In this document: piece by piece, positions 50,340 through 62,499 of the stretch | How the letters are laid out: every line of letters begins with the position of its first letter | Numbering within the stretch: the first letter of the stretch is position 1 | Assembly (NCBI RefSeq): GCF_020745735.1 | Contig: NW_026867509.1 | Span: 1,798,001 to 1,862,000 of the forward strand | Direction: 5' to 3' | Length of the DNA: 64,000 nt | Origin: Hemiscyllium ocellatum | Lineage: Eukaryota | Translations under genes and position numbers: made by a program | Notes under the pieces: model-generated | Database searches by the model: none | What the model saw: only the letters and a program-made list of their open reading frames with translations | Told to the model about the DNA's origin: nothing

Positions 50340-52304
50340 CAGAAGAGAACAGACCATTTTCAGTTGGATATGAATTCCCCAAGCCTCGATGGGTGAAGAA
50401 TTGAGTTCTTGCCCCATGCACAGAGCAGTGATACGACCAAATTGGATTGTGTCAGTTTTGAATCAAATATTTTGAACATTACATTGTGGTGTGTTAATGC
50501 GTAGGAAAACTGAGTGCAGTTCTTAATACACATGAAGTATCTGAATTGTCGCTCACGAACATTACAGTGTGCAGTAAGGTTCTTATTTTGAAATTTTAAT
50601 CATTTCCGCGATAGGTTTGTCGGCAGCCTCCACACGATCCCAGTGAATTATCTGGTAGTTGGTCATTTCCTCGAGAACAACTTCAACAAGAGTTTCCACG
50701 TGGAATCAAATTGGGAAATCTCATGGTTAACAAAAACGTTCTGAAGTTTATACTTTGGAAATCAATGTCCAGCCCCGTCGAGACGTTAACGGGCCAGACA
50801 TCTCTCAGTCTGATTCACAAACAGAAAATGCTTGGAAAGCTCAATGGGTCAAAGTAAATCTGCGTAGTGTGAAGTATTGCTAATTGTGGTTTTTTTTTAG
50901 TTTAAATCGGTTTCAACGGTGCTCCATTACCTGTCAATAGTTTTGGATTCGGTTTGTGCTGTATAGTGCTATAAAACTGCAAGGATTCTTTTTTGATCGT
51001 GAGCCCTGATGTATTTCTCTCTTCCAGGGAAAATTGTTATTTTCCATCTATGCTATTACAGGGAGTAATATCGAGGATCAATCTTAATTCATGTTTTCTG
51101 TAGCACAAGCAACTTTAATTCAGAGCTATATTACCACATATATGGGAGAGGCCAGAGATCAATACTAAACTGGTTTTCAAGTGAGACTGGCAAAGAAATA
51201 GTTCAGATCGTAAGGTCTTTGACACCCTGAGTTGCCCAAAGAAATGTAAGGCTTTTATAGTTTTTGCATTATTTTGATTACATGCAAAGTCGAAGTCATT
51301 GTTAGCCACATCCAGAAACATCCACCATCTCTCTATGGGATCCTACAAATCTTCTCAACGTTTTTTTCCTCTTTTGACATTTGCCAGCTGTATCACAATA
51401 TTTACGAATAACATAAATTTTCAGTAAGAACTCTTACGATTCCTGCAAAAGTTTGACAATAGCAGGTTAGGAAGGATGTTATTCTTATTAGTAAATATAA
51501 CTTCTGTAAAATCAACTCTAATATGAAGTTACTATGACACGACTGACAAATTGAGAACTACCTTTGTCTGACTCCAGCCTCAGAATTTCAATTGTGATTT
51601 AGGATCCAATTTGTTTCGATACTGAATGCGAGTTTTAAACTAAATGGTGATTTTAAGTACTTCTTTACTGTTTACACTTTATACACTTCCGATTGCCAAT
51701 TTTCTTTTCTTAATAAAAATATGTATTCAAATTCCACTAATTAGAGTGAAATTCTACCACTTATAACATTATCAAGATATTAAATGAAACGTGCAGAGAT
51801 TTCACAAATTACTCGTGGTCAGCCATTTCTTCACACTATAGTTTGTAACCTGTCTTTGTCAGTTTCCCTTGATCTTTGGATGAAATAACTTGCTCGAATT
51901 AGCTCCATCTACACTTAAGTTTAATTAATTTATCTTCTCGCTTTTTATGAATCTATTCTGCCCCCTCCTGGGCGAATGGTCTTTTTGTTGCTTCGTGTTT
52001 ACGCTGTCAATGACGTTATCTTTTTCCATAATGCCTCTTTATTACTTCTGAACATTTGCTCAGGGAATGCACCTAACCTTTCAGAGAGAGTTGTTCTTTG
52101 CTTTTGCAATTTTAGAATGGGCTAAACAATTCAGAATACTGTCGTATCAAACCTTTCTGTACGTGTTTCACTAAATGACAAACTTGGGACTGCGGCCAAA
52201 CTAGGACTTCCAAGGCTTCGTGTGTTTTTGCATTTAGAAATGTTTTTAACTAAAATATGATTAACCTCCTTCATATTTGTTCCTGCGGAGAATGTCATCT
52301 TGCA

Positions 52305-52927
52305 CTTGTGACGATGTTGCTGTTTTCAGAACGTCATGCTGTGCTTGTTTTATTTTCAGAACGTTCGTAAACGCAGAGAATTTTCGAGGTCGAGGTTTGA
52401 TGGGATTTAGGGCCACTTGATTGTATCTTATGGATAGTGCCTCAGACAAAAGGATTTTAAGTTTTACAAGAAAGAACAATTGAAAATAAAGTGGAGTGGC
52501 CTGTTCTCCCAGCTCAGCTTTGATCTCGTCTGGTTTCCTTTTAGCAGGCTGTTGATATGTTGCTGCTGGCCTGAAAGTAACGGGTCCAGGCTGATCTTCC
52601 CTCTCTTTGGCATCTGTCCTGCAAGAAACCGAATTTGATTTTACCTTTTGTTCCAAGGACTGTTTCTGGGGATGGTTGCAAGTAATAGGCAGAGTATCAT
52701 TAAGTTGTGTTCGCAGAGGTTAAGATATTCTACACATTCTGTTCTCTTTGTTTGTTTTACATTCAGTAATCTTGTATAAAAAAAACTCTTATGTTTAAAA
52801 CTAATTAGTTGGGCCAGCTGCATCACACCTGGAATACCCACTTCATACCTGCTTAAATCAACCAGCAAAATTAGGGGCAGGTCTATCTAATTGAAAGATT
52901 TGGTGGGGTCTGACCTGGTGCATAAAA
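52305..52927 (+). mobile_element. Solo Gypsy-type LTR, full length
   Basis: TGTGAC...CATAAAA ends; imperfect 4-bp flanking repeat CACT/CCCT. Confidence 0.65.
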
Positions 52928-54896
52928 CCCTGTATATCTAAATGATGACCACAAGTCCAGCTTTGAACATTTGCTGGTTTGAACTGTTAAAACCTTTGGC
53001 CAGGTAGTGTCAGCTGAAAAAACCTGAAGCGACTATCTTGTCAACTTATTTATGAGCTGCGAAAACCCGCCCTCCATCCTCATGACAGTTGACTTAAACA
53101 CCAAACAAACCTATAAAATATGCAGGAGAGACACACTATCCTGCTGCCGTGGGTAATGGGTGAATCCTTCAGTTCTCTCATTTTCTCATGTTATAGATTA
53201 TTTATATGGAGTATAATTGCTTGTACTGGTATTATTAACGCAATCAATACAAAGAATTTGACAACTACTTGTGCATGAGATATGATCAGGATGCATGGGT
53301 GTATTTCGGTATTTAGTTTCCCAAACCCAAATCTGACGTATCCAGTTCGATTGTTATTACTCGCTGTCAACTGTATGAGTTGTCATCTCGTTTTTATGTT
53401 CAGACTATTATGAATGACTTCTTCGGCTCTTTTCCCAAACTTTTCCCTATCTATAATCACACGCAGCATTGATGGCACTTCCATTGCCAAGTACTTCGAC
53501 ACTTCTAAATGCATGACAGTTCGCTGGATGGTGAGATTCATCAATTCTTGTCACATCGGTTTATATAAACTCTGCATAGTATTAATAATGCTCTGCCCCG
53601 GGATGCAATTTGCAATATTCTGCCCATTTAACTTGCACTGCTTTGAACACTTCTGAGTATAGCTAGTTTATTTGAGTAAACAGCACATTGTTCTAATCAG
53701 GGGGTTCTGCAAGGATGACTGATTGTTCATTGATGAAATAGGTCACATACACTTGTCACATGTCACAAAACACAAATTGAAAGATTTTGACTGGTCATGA
53801 GTTCAGAGCTTGATCAGTGATTATTTCCTTGGTGACAATTTATTAAGCTGAAAATGTGTTGCTGGAAAAGCGAAGCAAGTCAGGCAGGATCCAAGGAGCA
53901 TGAGATTCGATGTTTCGCGCATAAGCGCGTCTTCTCTGAGATTGGGATATGGGTCGCGTAATATCCATGTGTTATTGTTCCAATACGTCCATGGATCTTG
54001 GCTAGTAGGTCAATCTTATTTTGATTGTTCCATCTGGCTCAGGCAGTGTGGACTGCGGATCTCTGATGGAATATTGTTACGTTTTCCTTCCTCTCTTTCA
54101 GGCCATCAACTACAACGAGTCACCCAGTATTGCATTTTAGACAGCCCGACGTGGGCTAGGCAATGATATGTTTTAATAACGTAGGTCATATAAAGTGTGG
54201 TGAAACCACCTTATCCATCATCTCACACACTCTGGCTTACCGTGTAATTACCCCACGCTAGTTCCCATTTATTTTTCTCTTTCTGTATGGCTGTTTCTTG
54301 AAGAGTCTTTTTTTAACTTACCTCTCTTGCTTTTCAGAAAATTGTGACTGCCAGTTTTACAAATGTCTGTTCGGTTTCTGTAAACATCTTAGCTGGCTTA
54401 TTGGCAAACTTCTTACCCTTGTTGCAGTGTTTCTACTTTCCAATGAGCTCTAATCCTAATTCCAGCAATGTTATTAAGCAATTTAGCTGCTTCTATCAAC
54501 TCTTCAACCTGTTCATCGAGCTGTCCATGAGACAAGGTGATGCACCTTCTCCAACCTCAGATCAACATATTATCATGCCCTATCCCAAACTCAGGCCTAC
54601 CATCTCATTCTCTACCATGAAAGCCGCTGGATTGACCGAACTGAGTTTACAAATCATTGACTATTTGTATATGCTCACCTGCAGGGCCATTGGCCTTACT
54701 TTTCATGATTCTAATAGAATCACATAATTATGAGGCTTCATCACTTGTCTCATCAGAGTATTGGGTTAGTACCCTAAAATTGCTCATGTATCACAATCCA
54801 GACTTGCGCACACCGGTAAAGTCTGTCTACATCACTCCTCTATGATGTGAATAATATGCTACCGACCTCATACTATCATCACTCGTTTGAATTACT

Positions 54897-54987
54897 ACTG
54901 AAAATGTGTGCAGGTTAAAGCACAGCAGGTTAGTCAGCATCCAAGGAACAGGAAATTCGACGTTTCGGGCCGGAGCCCTTCATCAGA
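54897..54987 (-). mobile_element. 91-bp Penelope-like terminal insertion, copy B only
   Basis: Absent at the homologous site near 15290; flanked by AATTACT at 54890-54896 and 54988-54994. Confidence 0.85.
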
Positions 54988-54990
54988 AAT
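54955..54990 (-). ncRNA. Minimal type I hammerhead ribozyme core (predicted)
   Basis: ATTT-CTGATGA-A-GGGC-TCCG-GCCC-GAAA-CGTC-GAAT: stem I, catalytic core, 4-bp stem II, palindromic ACGT stem III and GUC cleavage triplet. Confidence 0.7.
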
Positions 54991-56342
54991 TACTGCTGTT
55001 TAGCTTCCATTCTCATTATCACAAAAACAAATCTGAAAAAGCCTTTCAGCATTCTGACAATCCTAACTCCAGGACAAACGCTTGCTGTCACCTAGCAAAA
55101 GTTATCACCATTTAAGGTCACATTCTGCTCTTTCCCTTGACTGTTCAACATTCCCGTCCCTTACTAGGGCTTGTGAGTGATCTGTCAATTCTGAATAATT
55201 CTCCACAAAATTCCTAAAATAAATAAACAATCCTAAATTTTGCCTAACATCGTTCACAGAGTGCGTATGCTGTAATTTTTGTATTGCACTCTGCTGGGAT
55301 TATTTTTGCCTCCTTACTAAATTGATGTACCAAATACTTGTCTGTTACTTCTTGTCTTCGCAATTGTACTTTTCATGGAGTAATTTCAAGCCTGTCTGAC
55401 TTGACTGGTTACTGTACTGAATTTTTCACCACCGGTCTCTGTCTGGATGTCATCTGCATACTGAAAAATTTTTAAAAAACAGTGCCAGTCAGGTACATTT
55501 GATTAACAATATCAGCCATATATCGATCAAGTATGGCTAGACTATTGTGGAATTCCTGGCATTACCAGGTCCCTGAATTGCTTTCCTCAAACAGCAAATG
55601 CCAGCTTATTGTGGGGTTCCTTTTCCACAGGTACGAATCAGAAATTGCTCACTATATCGAGAACGGAGAATATATTCCGTTGCATTGTTAATCAATTAAA
55701 TATAGTGGCATAGTTCGCTAACATAATACAAGCTTTAGTGGTATATTAGTTTCAGGAGGTATAAACAATACTGAGGCGATGTGAACAGTCTGGCTCAATG
55801 ACCGACTAAATATATTATCTAGCATGGGATTCTGTCAGTTTAAGTGCTCCCTGCTTCTCTATACCAATCTGAATTTCTGCTTGGTTAGCCTATGTTGGGA
55901 TACTGTTGAAGCAGTGGGAGGCTTGGAGGGCGGTGAAGGAGTTGGTGAGAGGGACCTCGATCTTTGTAGGTTTGACAGGTAACAACCCATTCCTGATCAT
56001 CATCTTGATCAAATTCTCATTGAAATCTAGTGCACCGCATAACAATGAGTCTTCTGTGGCCCTGAGTGCTTTCTCTTTCAAATTTGATAGGATTGCAGAT
56101 AATATAAATTAGAAACAAAAACGCAAGTTTCTGGATAAGCTCAGTAGGTCTGGCAGCACCTGTGAAGAGAATTCAGAATTAACACTTCGGGGCAGTAGGT
56201 TCTTAAGACAGTGACGATAAGATGACAAAATTTACTTTGCAATTTGAGAGGGACAAACAGGAATCAGATGTAGCAGTATTTTAGTTGAACAAAGGCATCG
56301 ACAGAGGGAGGAGCTGACCATAACTGACTGGGAGAGAAGACA

Positions 56343-56478
56343 AGTAAAAAGTGAGATCTGCAGATGCTGGAGATCACAGCTGAAAATGTGTTGCTGGTCA
56401 AAGCACAGCAGGTCAGGCAGCATCCAAGGAACAGGAAATTTTATGTTTCGGGCCAGAGCCCTTCATCAGGAATTAGGA
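56343..56478 (-). mobile_element. Penelope-like terminal insertion with a mutated hammerhead core, copy B only
   Basis: ATTC-CTGATGA-A-GGGC-TCTG-GCCC-GAAA-CATA-AAAT; absent at about 16635 in copy A. Confidence 0.8.
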
Positions 56479-56599
56479 CATAAACAGGAAAGACAGCGGA
56501 ACAGCAATGGCAGGTTTTCTGGGAATAATTCAATCGTTCATTTCGAGAAAAACTAAGGGAAAGGGAGGACGAAGCAACCGTGACTGACAATCAAAGGAG

Positions 56600-58490
56600 A
56601 AATCATATTAAGGGAGCGAAACTCAGCGGTATCAGAGTACACTGAAAATTGAAAAAATGAGGGAGAAGATTAAATATGAGTTAGGCTAACCAGTAATATA
56701 GAAGAAATCAAGAATGTTCTTAAATATATAAAGGACAAAGGTGAGGCAAGAGTAGCTAACGTGCTGCTGTAAAATGAAGCCAGTGAAGGAGTAATGGGAA
56801 AGAAGAAATGGGGGAGAGCCTGAAGAATTACTTTACATTGGTCTTCACGGTGACAGACAGAAGGAAAATCTCAATAATCCAAGAGTGGCAAGAGGCAGAA
56901 GTGTATATGGTAGCCATATCCAAGGAAAATGTGCGAGAAAATCTGAAGATGGATAAATTACCTGGACCTGGTGGACTACGGAAGGAATTCGGATGGAGAG
57001 AGCTGAAAAGGGAATAGAGACATTAGGAATGATCTTTCAGGAATCACTAGAAAAGGGAAGGTTCCAGAGGACCCCAAAATCCCAAATGTAACTTCTGTCT
57101 TTAAGAAGGGCGTAAGGCAAGAGATGAGAAATTACAGGTTGAGTAGCCTGAAACCTTTGGCCACATTTTAGAGTCCATTATGAAGGATGGCACTTCTGAA
57201 TATTTAGAAGTGCATGGTAAAATCGGGCAAAATCAAAATGGTTTCATCAACGGCAGGTCATGCCTGAGAAATCTGTTGAATTCTTTTGAAATTATAAGGA
57301 ACAAGTTTAACCCCGAGAGAAAATTAAAGGTATCTAATTAGAATTCAAGGAGTCCTCTGAAAAGGTGCCACAAAGGAGGCTATTGAATAAGATACGAGAC
57401 CATATTCTAAATGTGGTCTGACCGAAGTCTTATAAAGCATTAGATATACGCACTGCTCTTATGTTTGCATTCTCTAGAAATAAATGTTACAGGCTTGTTA
57501 ATAGTATGTATAGAAGAGTGGCTGTCTGGCGAAAAGCAGAGACAGGGGATAAAAGAAGAATGGGAGCCAATGACAAGTGATGTTCTCCAAGTGTCAGTGT
57601 TGGGCCAACAGCTTTACACTTTACACATTAATGATTTGGGTGAAGGGACTGAAGGCAATCTAGCTAATTTTGTAAATGATACAAAGAGTGTTGTGTGAGC
57701 ATGCAGTAAGGATTTAGGCAGGTTAGAAAAATGGGCAAAGAACTGGCAGATGGCACGCACACAGAGAAGTGTGAGGTCACGCACTTTGGCTGGAAGAATA
57801 GAGGCACAGACAATTTTCGAAATGGCGTGGAAATTCCGAAAATTGAAATTCAGAGGGTCTTGGGAGACCCATTCCAGGATTCTGTTTAGGGAAACTTGCA
57901 CGTTGAGTTTGTTGTTAGGAGGGAAAATGCAATGTTGGCGTTTATTTCTAGAGAATACAAATATAAGAGCAGCGCATATACCTAAGGCTTTATAAGACTC
58001 CAGTCAGACCATACTTAGAATATTGTGAGCAGTTATGGGTGCCCTATTTCAGGAAGGAAATACTGGCCGTGCAGTGTGCCCTGGAGAATGAACCAGGAAT
58101 GTCACTTTGAACATATGAGGAACTCTGGGTCTGTATTCGAGAAATTTATAAGGATGAGTGGGGATCTAATTAAAATTTACAGAATACTGAACGGCCTGGA
58201 CAGAGAGGATGTTGGGAAGTCGATTCCATTAACAGAAGAGACGTGTACCCGAGGGTGAAGTCTTTATGTAAAGGCAAGAGTCTTCAGGACGGAGATGAGG
58301 AGAAACATCTTCAGCCAGATTTTGGTGAATATATGGAATTCGTTGCTAGAAAACTCTGTGGAGGCCAGGTTATTGAGTAATTTAAGGAAGAGTACTTTAG
58401 GTTTTTAATTATGAAGAGGATCGAAGGTTCAGGGAGAAAGTGGAGAATGTGGTTGAGAAACCTGTCAGCCATGCTTGCATAATGGAGCAC
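56600..58490 (+). mobile_element. Decayed CR1 LINE ORF2 3' half (duplicate of 16790-18700)
   Basis: Same RT motifs as copy A. Confidence 0.88.
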
Positions 58491-59536
58491 ACTGGATAAG
58501 CCATTTTCTCAACTGCACAGTTCTTTGCTCATCTGTGTTTTTTTTCACTTTAATCACTTTTTCCTTCTGCAAAATTGGACTGTTCGCAACTGAACATTCT
58601 CCACTTAAAAATCACAGATGTAGACACAAATTTGAAGTGCCATTTCTGTTGACCTCACACACACACGAGAGAAAAGAAAAGCATCAAATCCAAATTAGTT
58701 TGAAACAAAATAACAAAGATGTAAAAAAAACCTAATTCAGGGAAGGAATTGAAATGAATTTGAGTGATTATGATGCAATTGGGAACAGACTGCTGATGCT
58801 TGATTTGAATTAATTTGTTATTATCATATCTACTAAATTAATGGAAAAGTTTGGTTTTGCACGCAATGGAGGCAGATCACAACATATGACTCACATAGCG
58901 TGATTGAACAGAACGAGGAATCATTGTCACACATGCAAAGGTAAGGCAGAAAAAAAACAAGATCTACATTTGATATTGTTAATTGACTAACAGTTCCTGG
59001 ATTTTTAAAACTAATGCTGATCGCAGAGCACATAAACAGACATCAAACAGAAAATGTTCCAGATTTTCAAATACATAGTAGCCATAGTTCCAAAACCATT
59101 GAAAAATAAATGGATAAAGGAACATGCATAAATACTAATACATTAATTAATCGGTTAACCAAAAAAATGAATGAACACATATATATTTATGTAACAGGTA
59201 GATAAATTAAGTGATAGATAAATAGATACATGCATACATACATACGTAGATAGGTTATAAAGCACTGCCTGACAACACTTGGAGTCCTCAAGTTGTATTC
59301 AGAGACGCAAACTGTTAATTAATATCACATCTAAAACCTCTACAACTTCAGAAGTTGTCAATCGTTGGAATAGTAAACATCAGAGCTCAAGAATACTCCT
59401 TACAGTTAATGAGTACAAAAGCCTGCCCAGGATCCTGTCTGATTTTCGTTTGAGAGCTACCATGATGAACTGTGACTCTTTGATGAAAGAGAAAAGGCAT
59501 CGGGAAATGTCTCTATTTTGTTATCCATGGAAGGTT

Positions 59537-62021
59537 TCACCATGTAAAATTAGTGATAGTAGTGAAAGGACACATGAGCAGCTTTTTCATCTCTTCTCGA
59601 AATTTGGCCTGGGAAACCACATAAATGAAGACATTGTTGCAGGAACTAAGTATCTGTAGCATGTTCGTCGTTTTTCGAAGAATAATATCAGGGTTACTGG
59701 AATCCAAGCCGTTGAAGTAAAATTCACCTACCAATTGCATGTAAAGGTGACGCCCCACATAAGTGGACCAAAGGAGGAGGAAACTGATCGAGATGGCAAA
59801 GAGCAAGACAATGGATCTTTTGCGATTGGCCATCTCAGGGTCTGCACGGTCATCTTCACCCCAAAGTCTTTTGCGGGCTCTGCTAGCTTCTAAGATGTGT
59901 ATTACAGTTAATGTGTTCAGAAGCAGAATGAGAAAAAAAGGGAGAAGTGGTGTTAAAATATGATCCAACTTGTAGTAGACCTTCCAGAAGGACGAAGTAT
60001 AATAGATTGGTTTGATGTCACAGAACCAGGGCACCCCGTCCACAATGTACAGCGGCTGAAAGACTAAGTAGAAAGGGACATTCTTGACACAGCTCAGAGA
60101 ACAAATCGTTCCTATTACCAGAGTTGCAGTTTTCTTGGTGCAGTATTTGATCTTCAGCGTCTGACGGCTGATTGCCACAAAACGGTCAATGGTGAAAGCC
60201 ACTGTCAGCCAGACAGAGACATCACGTACAGCATAGACCATTATACTGTTGACGGTACACGCAGGGGTGGTGGACAGGATACTGTTTCTGAAGTAGATAC
60301 CACCAATACGGTTGAGCACACAGCCAGCCATAACGACAAGGAAGTCCGCTATTGTGATTGCCACGAGGTAAAATGTGATGCAGAGAGAGAGCCCACATTT
60401 TCTTTGGCACAGGACCACAATCGCCAACAAGTTTGCTATAAGAACAGTAGAGATAGATATATGACAGAATGAATCCCAATCACCAGTTAATTACCCTACC
60501 TATTTCGTGACTGAAAACCTCAGCTCACCATCTTCGTACATCCTTTTATTACATCATGAGTCCTACGATTGCAAAGTTGTTGGTTTTACTCAACATTCAG
60601 TCATGAATTAAACATTTGTACTTACGTTCTTCAGTCCAGTCGGGTCGATTGCAAATTTAGTTCTCTTTCCACTGAGTCAAATCGTTGCGAAGCTCGCCAG
60701 TTTAATCAAACACAAAATATTTTTGTCTTATCCAAATCTTTATTAATACTATCATCCATCTTTTCAAGGCAATATATTTGTTTCCTGTCTGACAATGCCG
60801 GAGTTTAATAATCACAAGCTTTGAATTTTCAGTTACATCCAGAGGTAGGATCACTCCTCATACTGCAAAAGTCTCAATTTATCTGCAATTCGACAATATC
60901 GCGTTTCATACCTATCAATCAACCTATCAGTGGTTATATGTTTACCTACAGACGTCGTAATCTCTGGAAACCTTCTTCAATGTCACCCCTCATTGTTCAT
61001 CTTTCTCTTTTTTTCATTAGGTTGTTCATTATAATCTAACATATTGTTCACAGCTGCACCAGCATGTGTACCTTATTCCTTATTGCTCTCCACATCATGG
61101 CTTGCTTGGTTATTTCAAACATCAGTTTATCATCAACCAGGTTTCTGCCTCTCTGCTGCCACATATGGACAAGAGTCGGTAAAACAGTAACGTTTGTTCT
61201 TTCAAAGTGCATGAGTGAAGATGATATTTGGTACCCACCACACTAATTATATGGTCATCATTAGATTTTTCTTTTTTTTAAATGCCACATTCCTTTACGA
61301 AATGCAAATATGGTCAAATATCTCCAAATGACAACAACAGATTCCATAACAAATTAAAATCTCTTATGAACACTCATAACTTGCATACAAATCCCGAAAC
61401 ATTTTCTGACATAATATTGATGACACTACAAATTGGAAACATATTAGTATGTAATCATTACGTCCGATCCTGCAATAAAAATTACTGTGATCATTGAATG
61501 TAGATTTAACTTGAGCTCGTCCACTACAACAATTGCGTTCTAATAATGCATTTTGATTCGTGGTTTACGAACCTAAGATAGTAATTTCTCCACAAAACAC
61601 GGAAAGCACCTCGTATGTTACCACATTGGAATTTAACTTGACTTTTAACAAATTTACAGTTTAATATTCATGCAAAAATATGTATTACAAATGGAATTTC
61701 TAGAAATTGCTTATGAAATATTAGTTAATATCATGCATTGTTGCACAATATAATTACAATTTCTATGCATATTTAGCATAAAACTTTGTAACATTTAATG
61801 CAGCTGTGCATAGTATAGGCAGGTGCTGGCTCCTAACATTCATGGAGCGCTGAAAGTTACACAATAATGTAGCCCACCACAAAAGCTAAGATAGAATGCA
61901 TTCGGTGATTTACAGACATAAATGGTAACTTATCGGTGATTGAAGGCTTACCAAGGGCACCAATCACAGCGAGAACGGGATAACAAATTTCAAAGAATGG
62001 GGCAATGACTGGCTCATGCAT
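59537..62021 (-). CDS. GPR139-like class A GPCR, intact, 2 exons (62021-61952; 60435-59537), 322 aa
   Basis: Exon 1 MHEPVIAPFFEICYPVLAVIGAL+G with GTAAGC donor; TATAG acceptor; open 7TM exon 2; 24 amino-acid differences from the 21-23.6 kb paralog by manual comparison. Confidence 0.92.
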
Positions 62022-62499
62022 CGTCTTTCAGAAGTTAAGGAAGTTCCCGAATCTGCAGTTACAGTTTCTGCGAATTTCAAATATTGCCTCATTTATTTTG
62101 AGCAAGAGTCTCCAAAGGGACGATTCGTGAGCAACAAGCACTTTATCTACATTTCAATGAACAACCTAATTAACTGAAGTTTCCATATTTTCCATTTGCA
62201 ACTTTTTGACAAACGACTGAATTGAACTCTGCCATTCCGCGTTGTCATTTACAATTAATTTGAAAGTTCCACTGATTGAATATGCTAAGTCGTGATTGTA
62301 TCGATATTGGAGAACTGTGTCTTCCCTCATTGCCATTTCTCAAATATGATGTGAATTTGCTTGCCATATTAGTTTGCATATTATTTTGACTGTGGAATGT
62401 TTTAATGTTTCATACTGTAATCGAACCAACTCCGCACCAAATTCCATAAGTTTGAATGACGGTATTTGAAAATGTTATTTATTTCTCATGGTTTCATGG

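Larger units (their letters stand above)
53110..56085 (-). mobile_element. Decayed retrovirus-like pol region (duplicate of 13560-16390)
   Basis: YADD codons at 55449-55460 and the same flanking motifs. Confidence 0.8.

Noticed and set aside
52261-52656. 131-aa minus-strand ORF
   Set aside because: Lies in a solo LTR and is disrupted in copy A; no recognisable motif
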